NCBI GenBank assembly: GCA_958009085.1
Contig: OY253679.1
Location: 930,001-994,000, forward strand
From: Protoeuglena noctilucae
Lineage: Eukaryota
Direction of reading: 5' to 3'
Length of the DNA: 64,000 nucleotides
The position numbers were made by a program, and so were the translations under genes. Below the pieces are notes generated by a model that did not search any database, was not told the DNA's origin, and saw only the letters and a list, made by a program, of their open reading frames with translations. Every line of letters begins with the position of its first letter. Position 1 is the first letter of the stretch. This document shows positions 57,177 through 64,000 of this stretch, one piece after another.

Positions 57177-58065
57177 CGTGCAATGGGAAGAAGCGGGATT
57201 TTAGAGCTACGCGTGGATGCTTACCGCTTGTGCGATGCGTATCTGTTAACGACTAACTAATAGCATCCGGTGAGCAAAGCAAACGGCAGGGAAAGTCGGC
57301 GAGGACGCCTCCGCGCCCGTCACAGGCGCGGCGCATCCGTCGCGAGTCGCGGAGCGTGCCGCTTACCGCAGGCGCTCGAAGAAAGGCAGCCACAACATAT
57401 GCTCGCGATAATCCCACTGAAAGTCCCCTTTGGGCGACCGAGTGCCGCTGGGAGCCGCAGGGAGCCTTTGTTAGCGGACCCAGGCAAGCCCCGGTCGGCC
57501 GTCGAGAGGGCCCCGGAGCGCAAGCACGGCTCGTCGGACGACTACATTTCCACGAAAGTAACCGTTCGGCTCCCAAGGCACGGCAGGCGTCCGCGCTCGA
57601 GCGTCCCGCGCGGTCCCTCCGCGGCCGCATGCACCCAAACAGGACGCCTCGCTCACCGGACGGGCCGCCACTGCCTGCGGGCGTCAAGCGCCTCGCGCGC
57701 TCCCCGGTGCGGTTAAGGACCTCGGCCATCTCTTAGACGCGCATGGCTGCCCGAAGGGGGCTCGCGTATCTGCAGTGGTCAACGCCGGACGCCTCGCTAG
57801 GTCTCGGTGCTTCGCTGATCACGAGTTGACGCAAACAGTAGAACTGGGGGTCGAGAATCTCTCCCCGCGCAGACAGGGGGGCTGGCAGCGACGCGCCCGC
57901 CAGTGACGTGGGTCTCTTTGCGAGGACTCGCATCCCCGCGGCCAGGAGAGGCCCGTGTTCGACGCGGGATGTCATGAACTAGCCCCAGAAAGCCGTCGCG
58001 CATCGCTAGCGATCGAGGCGCGTCGCGAGAGCGTTTGGCAATTCGCAACAAGTCGGGTTCGCGCC

Positions 58066-60806
58066 ATGTCGCCCTCCGCCCCCGACTTGGACGACGTCGA
58101 CGTCGTCGTGATCGGGACGGGACTGCGGGAATCCATCGCGGCCGCCATCCTGGCTTGGGTGAGCGCGGGATTGCTCATATGCAGGTTGCGTGCGCTGAAA
58201 CCCGGGGAAAACGCCGAATCGCCGCCCGCGATGCGCAGGCCGGCAAGTCCGTCGTGCAGGTGGACCCTTCCGCCACGTACGGCGGCGAGTGGGCGTCCCT
58301 GAACCTCGCGCAGCTCGCCGCGTGGTCCCGCGACCCAACCGCGCCCCCGGCCCTGCGCGCGTGCGACGCGGCATCGGACCCGGCCGCATTGGATGCCAAA
58401 ACTTCTCATCAATGGCTTCGCTTCACGTGCGTCGACGTCGCGCGCGGCCTGGACGCGCGTTGGGCTCCCGGTGCGACGCTGGGCGATGCGCGTCGTTATG
58501 CGATCGACCTGACCCCTCGGGCCGTCCCCTGCGTCGGCGACGTCAACGACGCTCTGCTCGCGTCCGGCGCGCACCACTCGGTGCAGTACAAGCTCTTCGA
58601 GGCCCACGGGATGCTGCGACGCGATGACAGTGGTGGTGGTGGTGCGGGTGAGGGGTCTATGACTGGGTGGATGAACATGGGGCTGCTGGTGGCACTGTAC
58701 ATAGCATGTACAATCAGTCCACCCATGCATGACGCTCACACAGCTCTGTCACAACCACTCCACCCATACAGCTCAGATTTGCTCTCTCAACAACTCACTC
58801 CACCCCGCGCCTCACGTCTTTGCCTCTCTCACCCTCTGCCGTCTCGCATCGCAGGATGGCGCCTGGCCCCCATCCCCGCCAGCAAGGGCGACCTTTTCCG
58901 AGACCGCGAATGGAGCCTGGCCGACAAGCGCCTCCTCATGTCTCTACTCAAACGATGCGCGACTGAGCTGGGACTGACGACCAACCAAGGCCCCATGCAC
59001 AACCCCAACGACATCCCAACCCAGTTCCAGCGACCGGGGTTGGACAGCAACGCGGGTGTGTTCGGCCCCGGTCCATTCGCGGCGTCGCTGGCAAAGGCAG
59101 GGCTGGGGCAGCGTGCTGCAGATGTGGTGCGGTACGGGATGTGCTTTGAGGGCTTTCCATTTAGCAAAGATCTGAGCGGGGAGGAGGCGCGGGTGCGGAT
59201 GCGGAGTTACTTGGGATCGCTGGGTCGATTCGGGAATGGGGACGTCCCGTTTCTGGCGAGCATGTACGGTGTTGGGGAGCTGCCCCAGGCTTTTTGCAGG
59301 GCGGCTGCGGTGAGGGGGGCGGTGCAGATGTTGCGGACGGGGGTGGCGGGGGTGCGGGTGGCGGGGGAGGGGGTTGAGAGGCGGGTGGCGGGGGTGCGGC
59401 TGAGCGACGGGCGGGTGGTGGCGGTGCGGGCGGTGGTGTGCGGGATGGGGGGGCGGTTGCTAGGGGGAGAGGGAGAGGTGGGGATGGGTGGGGGTGCGGA
59501 TGATGGTGCAAGTGCGGGTGGCAATGCGAGTGATGGTGCAACATCAAGTGGCAGTGGTGCCTTGCGTGTGCTCCGTGCAGCGTTGGTGACGGACGGGAGC
59601 CTGCAGCGGGGGTCGCATCTGCTCACGGCCATAGCAGGCGAGAGAAGGGGCGATGCGCGGCGATGGCATGCATGCTGCGGTGGTGTGGTTGATGCAAACA
59701 GCCACGCAACACCGTCGCACGCTCAACATGCGCGTTTGTAGAAGTACTATCAACCGCACACCGATACACTTCCCAATCAAACTAACTCATTCAACTCATC
59801 TCCTTCCCCCCCCTCCGCAGCTCCTAATGAGTTCGGCCTGCCATGCCCCGTCGCTGTCATGCAAGTGGGGGCGTCGGTGGCGTGTGCCCCGGTGGGGAGG
59901 CACGTCGTGCACCTGACAGCAGGTGAGTGGCTGTCCATTGATTGGTAAGGAATTTGAACGTGTTTGAGTTTAAATTTGCATGTACCGAGTTGAGGATGGC
60001 AGCGAGTGGTTGGTTCCTTGGTTGTGGTGAGCGCACCATTGCCGTCATCGCACCCCCTCCCACCACCCGCACCCGCAGTGCCGCCCCCCTCTTCCCCCGC
60101 CCTCTCCCCCCGCGCTGCCTTCGCTAACCTCGTCTCTGCGCTGTTCGACGCCTCACTGCTGCGTAATGATGGCTATGTGCCTGACGACGGCGACATGCGG
60201 GGGGAGCCGAGAGATGTTGTGGATAATGATGGTAGTAGTAATGTGGGGATGAGTGGTGGGGGGAGTGGGATGAGTGGTGGGAGGGGGATGGGTGGGGAGA
60301 GTGGCAGTGGCAGTGGCAATGTGGGTGGGAGTGGGGTGGCGGGGGAGAGGGGTGGAGAGGGCAGTTGTGTGAAAGGGGCTACATCATCCGCACAGCGTGT
60401 AACGAACACTACTGCTCCGCGTCTGCTGGCGGAGTTTTACTTTGAAGTGGCGGGGGGGAGTGGTGGTGGTGGGGTGGGTGGCGGCGATAGTGTGCGTGGC
60501 AGCAGTGGTGGGGTGGGTAGTAGCAGCGTGGGTGGTTTCATCGAACTATGCCATGCAAGTGCCGGTCTGAGTTTGGATGGAGTGGTGGGGCCAGTGGCTG
60601 ATGCTCTGCGGGGTGCGGGGCTGGTGGGGGATGGCGCGCTGTTTGCAGAAATGGGGGATAGTGTGGATAATGATAAGAGTGGAGTGGATTCATCGGATGA
60701 GGATGACGTGGCGTGGCTGGAGGAAGCGGTGGGGGGGATTGGTGGGGGTGGGGGTGTAGGGGAGAGGGGGGAGGGGGTGGGGGGTGAGACGGGAGCGGGT
60801 GGGTGA
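58066..60806 (+). CDS. REP: Rab escort protein (REP/CHM; GDI superfamily)
   Basis: DVVVIGTGLRESIAAAILAWAGKSVVQVDPSATYGGEWASL, RRYAIDLTP..LLASGAHHSVQYK, IPASKGDLFRDREWSLADKRLLM, YLGSLGRFGNGDVPFLASMYGVGELPQAFCRAAAVRGAVQML. TGA at 60804-60806. Confidence 0.92.
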
Positions 60807-61106
60807 GAGATGTGAGATCGGGATGTGGGCAGTGAGCCCTGCTGCGCCTGTACGTGCTTGCTTGTGTCCTATGCATGGCTGTGGCATGCTTACTGCCGCT
60901 GCTGCTGCCGTCAGTGATCTTGAAAGCGATTGCATGACAGACGCAGCAGCCAGCCTCGTGCGAGTGTTTCAACAGCGCCCTTTGCTCTCCCTACAACATC
61001 TCTCCCCCGTCCCTGCCCCTCCCGCATGCGTCCAATCAAACACACCCCACCCTCTCTCCCCCTCCTGCATACGTGTTGTCAACCACATCCCTTTCCCATC
61101 TCCCCC

Positions 61107-64000
61107 TCACGCGTGCTCCAGCGTGGCTGCCCCCATCACGCTCTCCAAATACGCGTCCCCACTCGCGTCGCGCCTCAGATCAGAGACCAGGGAACGGGAG
61201 CGGGAGAGGAGGGCATCCGCAGAAAGCGTGTCCAGGGGCTGCGTGTGATGGGCGGGAGAGGTGGGGGGTGAGGGTGGCAGTGGGGGTGGCAGTGGGGGTG
61301 GCAGTGGGGGTGGCAGTGAGAGATGAGCAGCGTTGCGCTCAGATGCGCCGTATTACTGTCCACTCCACACCCACGCTCACCCCACCTCCCATCCCACCCC
61401 AACCACCCAGGCCCCCCCACACACACTCACCAGCTCCGCAAAATCCCTCAAAAACTTCCTCAGCCGCGCCCTCCCCCCCCTCTCCCCCTCCCCCTCCCCC
61501 CTCCCCCTCTCTCCCCCTCTTGCGCCCCCCCTCCCTCCCCTCCAACTCCTTCGCCTTCACTCTCGCCGCCTCCACCACTGCTTTGGGGAAGTTGGCATAC
61601 TCCGCGACGTGAATGCCGAAGGACTGGTCGCACGCGCCCTCTCTGACCTGGTAGAGCATCGTCAGTCGGCCCGTGTCAGAATCCACGGCCGTCTCCACGT
61701 GACTGGGGGGGAATGAGTGGGGGAGCGAGGGAGTGAGGGAGTAATGGATGGGGGATAGAGTTGGGATGTGTTGTGTTGTGTGGAGATGAGGGTGGAGTGG
61801 GAAGTGAGTGAGGAGGGCATAGGTGAACGAGTGAGGTGGGGGGTGCATGGGCACTGACTGACTGATCCCTCACGCTGTCATCCGCCCCCACTGCCCCCCT
61901 CAACACCATCCACACCCCACACACTTACCCCTTACACACACACCCGCACACTTAACCACTCTCCATCTCCCCCTCACCGGTTTGCCACCCCCACTGCCCC
62001 CCTCAGCGCCGTCAGTTCGTGGAAGTGCGTGGCGAACAGCGTCGGCGCCCCCACGCGCTCCATCAGATGCTCGGATATGGCCCACGCGAGACCAAAGCCA
62101 TCGTAAGTGCTGGTGCCGCGACCCAATTCGTCGATGATGACCAATGAACGACTGCTGGCGCCCTTGAGGATCGAGGCGGTCTGCGGGGGGGGAGGGGGGA
62201 GTGGGTGAGGAGGTAGTTGTGGAAAGTAATGGTGAGGATGAAGGGGGGTGGTGAGGGGGTGGGGCGATCTCAGCCATGACCGCATCTCTGTTACATGCAT
62301 TGCCACTAGTAGTAGTGGTAGTAATGCTTGTGACAAATCATCACTATCAGTATCTACCCATCCCCTCACCTCCACCATCTCCGGTATGAATGCATCCCTG
62401 TCCTCATCATTATCATTATTAGCTAATAATCACAATCACATCCTCACCTCCAGCATCTCGGCCATGAACGTCGACACCCCCCTCAGCTGGCTGTCCCCCG
62501 CGCCCACCCTGGCAAAGATGGCGTCGCGCACGGGGATGGTCGCGGAATCGCAGGGGACGAAGCACCCCACCTGCGCCATCAACACGCACACCCCCACCTG
62601 CCTGCGGGGGGGGTTGGAGGTGAGGGGGGGTTGATGGGGGGTGGTAACGAGGGGTGGTGATGTGCGATAGTGGTGGTTATGATGGTTATAAGGGCCCCAA
62701 CCATGCACCCATTCAACCACTTCCATCCCTCACCTGATGAATGTGCTCTTCCCTCCCATGTTGGGGCCGGAGATGATCTGGAACCAACTCTCGCCCTTCC
62801 TGTGGGTGTGGGGGAGAGAGTGTGTGGGTGGATGGGTGTCAGTCACACACACCACAGTATGACAAACATAACAGCCACTGTACTACCCCAGCCACCTCAT
62901 CACGCAGTCGTTCCTGATGAACTCCACCCCATCTAGTTGCCAATCAATGTAATCAGTGACATTCAAATACCCCCACTCATCTCACCTCATCACGCAGTCG
63001 TTCTTGATGAACTCCACCCCGTCCTGCGCCTCCAGGCACGGGTGGCGGCACCCCACCAGCTCCAGCGACCCCCCATCCGCATCTTGCATGCTCGCCCGGA
63101 CGTATGGGGTGGGCGCGGATGCGGACAGATCGGCGAATCCCACCAGCACATCCAGCTCTGCCAGAAGAGACGAGACGCCCTCCCACACTTCCACGAACGT
63201 CGACGCCACCGAGACGACCTGCGGGGGGGATTGAGGAAGGGGAGGGGGGGATGAGGGGTGTGTGGGTGGGTGAAGGGGTGGGATGCGGTGGTGTGGTGGT
63301 GGTGGGGTGGTGAGTGTGGCGAGCGGGGGTGGTGCGGTTGTGCGGGGTAGCGAGGGGTCGTGCGATTGCAATTGCGATTGCGACATGCAGCATGCGATGC
63401 TGTGCTGTGCACATGGCACCCCCATGTCAACTTAACCCAATCCTCTCCCCCATCCACTCCACCCATCTCTCGCCTGCTCCACCAGCGCCTTCTGCCGGTC
63501 GTGGCAGTCCGCATCTATTACATCTACCTCCATCCACACTGTCCATACCCCCATCCACCCCTCTCGCCTGCTCCACCAGTGCCTTCTGCCTGTTCTGATA
63601 GTCCGCCTCGATCGCCTGCAGCTGCTCTGCTGCCCTGCGCATGCGCCAGCTGGTGAACTTGGTGCCGTCCTTGCGAGTCTCCAGAATGGTGAAGTCGCCG
63701 CCGCTGTAGAGATGGGGGGAGTGGATGGGGGTTGGGGTGGGGAGATGAGGTGTCATGGCAGTGCGGTGTGCAATGTGCGATGGGAGGCAAGGGGGAGAGT
63801 GATAGGGTGATGACTGGTGGTGACTGATCACCGTCACCCATATCAACGTGAAATATATCACACCCCATGATCGCAATCATTTGAGTTTCTTGCGGCACGC
63901 CTTCTCCATCAACCCACCCACCCATCACCACTACCACCACCCATATAATTGTGACATATATCACCCCCTATAGTGATAATCACCTGAGTTTCTTGCGGCA
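61107..64000 (-). CDS. MSH2: DNA mismatch repair protein MSH2, 3' part (runs off the window); apparent frameshift in a G-rich tract near 61470-61540
   Basis: [181 protein letters not shown] at 61107-61109. Confidence 0.96.
61270..61317. repeat. 12-bp minisatellite (GTGGCAGTGGGG on +, CCCCACTGCCAC on the MSH2 sense strand)
   Basis: About 4 tandem units just upstream of the last MSH2 acceptor. Confidence 0.8.

Overview
Gene-dense, intron-rich, GC-rich eukaryotic nuclear DNA, most likely from a green alga (Chlorophyta). The assignment rests on plastid-targeted ALB3, CSP41b and MEX1 plus delta-tubulin. By splicing exons by eye I reconstruct 18 protein-coding genes: ALB3, an ABCC/MRP transporter, CSP41b, a LON-N-domain protein, delta-tubulin, PIG-W, acyl-CoA oxidase, an F-box protein, an RluA-type pseudouridine synthase, MEX1, an orphan helical protein, two tandem cinnamyl-alcohol-dehydrogenase-like genes, a NUMOD3-motif protein, a TLDc protein, an EML/HELP-WD40 protein, Rab escort protein and a partial MSH2. 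I saw no rRNA, tRNA, CRISPR array or transposase. The unusual signal is genome architecture rather than gene content. (1) More than 15 exon/intron junctions have a degenerate 'echo' copy about 50-120 bp away inside the adjacent intron. (2) Introns are polarised, G-rich at the donor and C-rich at the acceptor, and the skew spills into codons. (3) At least 19 introns have GC donors. (4) Nearly all genes end in TGA and one exon has an in-frame TAA, which could reflect a TAR=Gln code or a damaged allele. (5) The CAD pair shows exon-limited patchwork identity and an EF-hand-like N-terminal extension. (6) The NUMOD3 gene has a duplicated MYAVD first exon. Gene boundaries are manual and unverified by transcripts, and several homopolymer frameshifts suggest residual sequencing errors.
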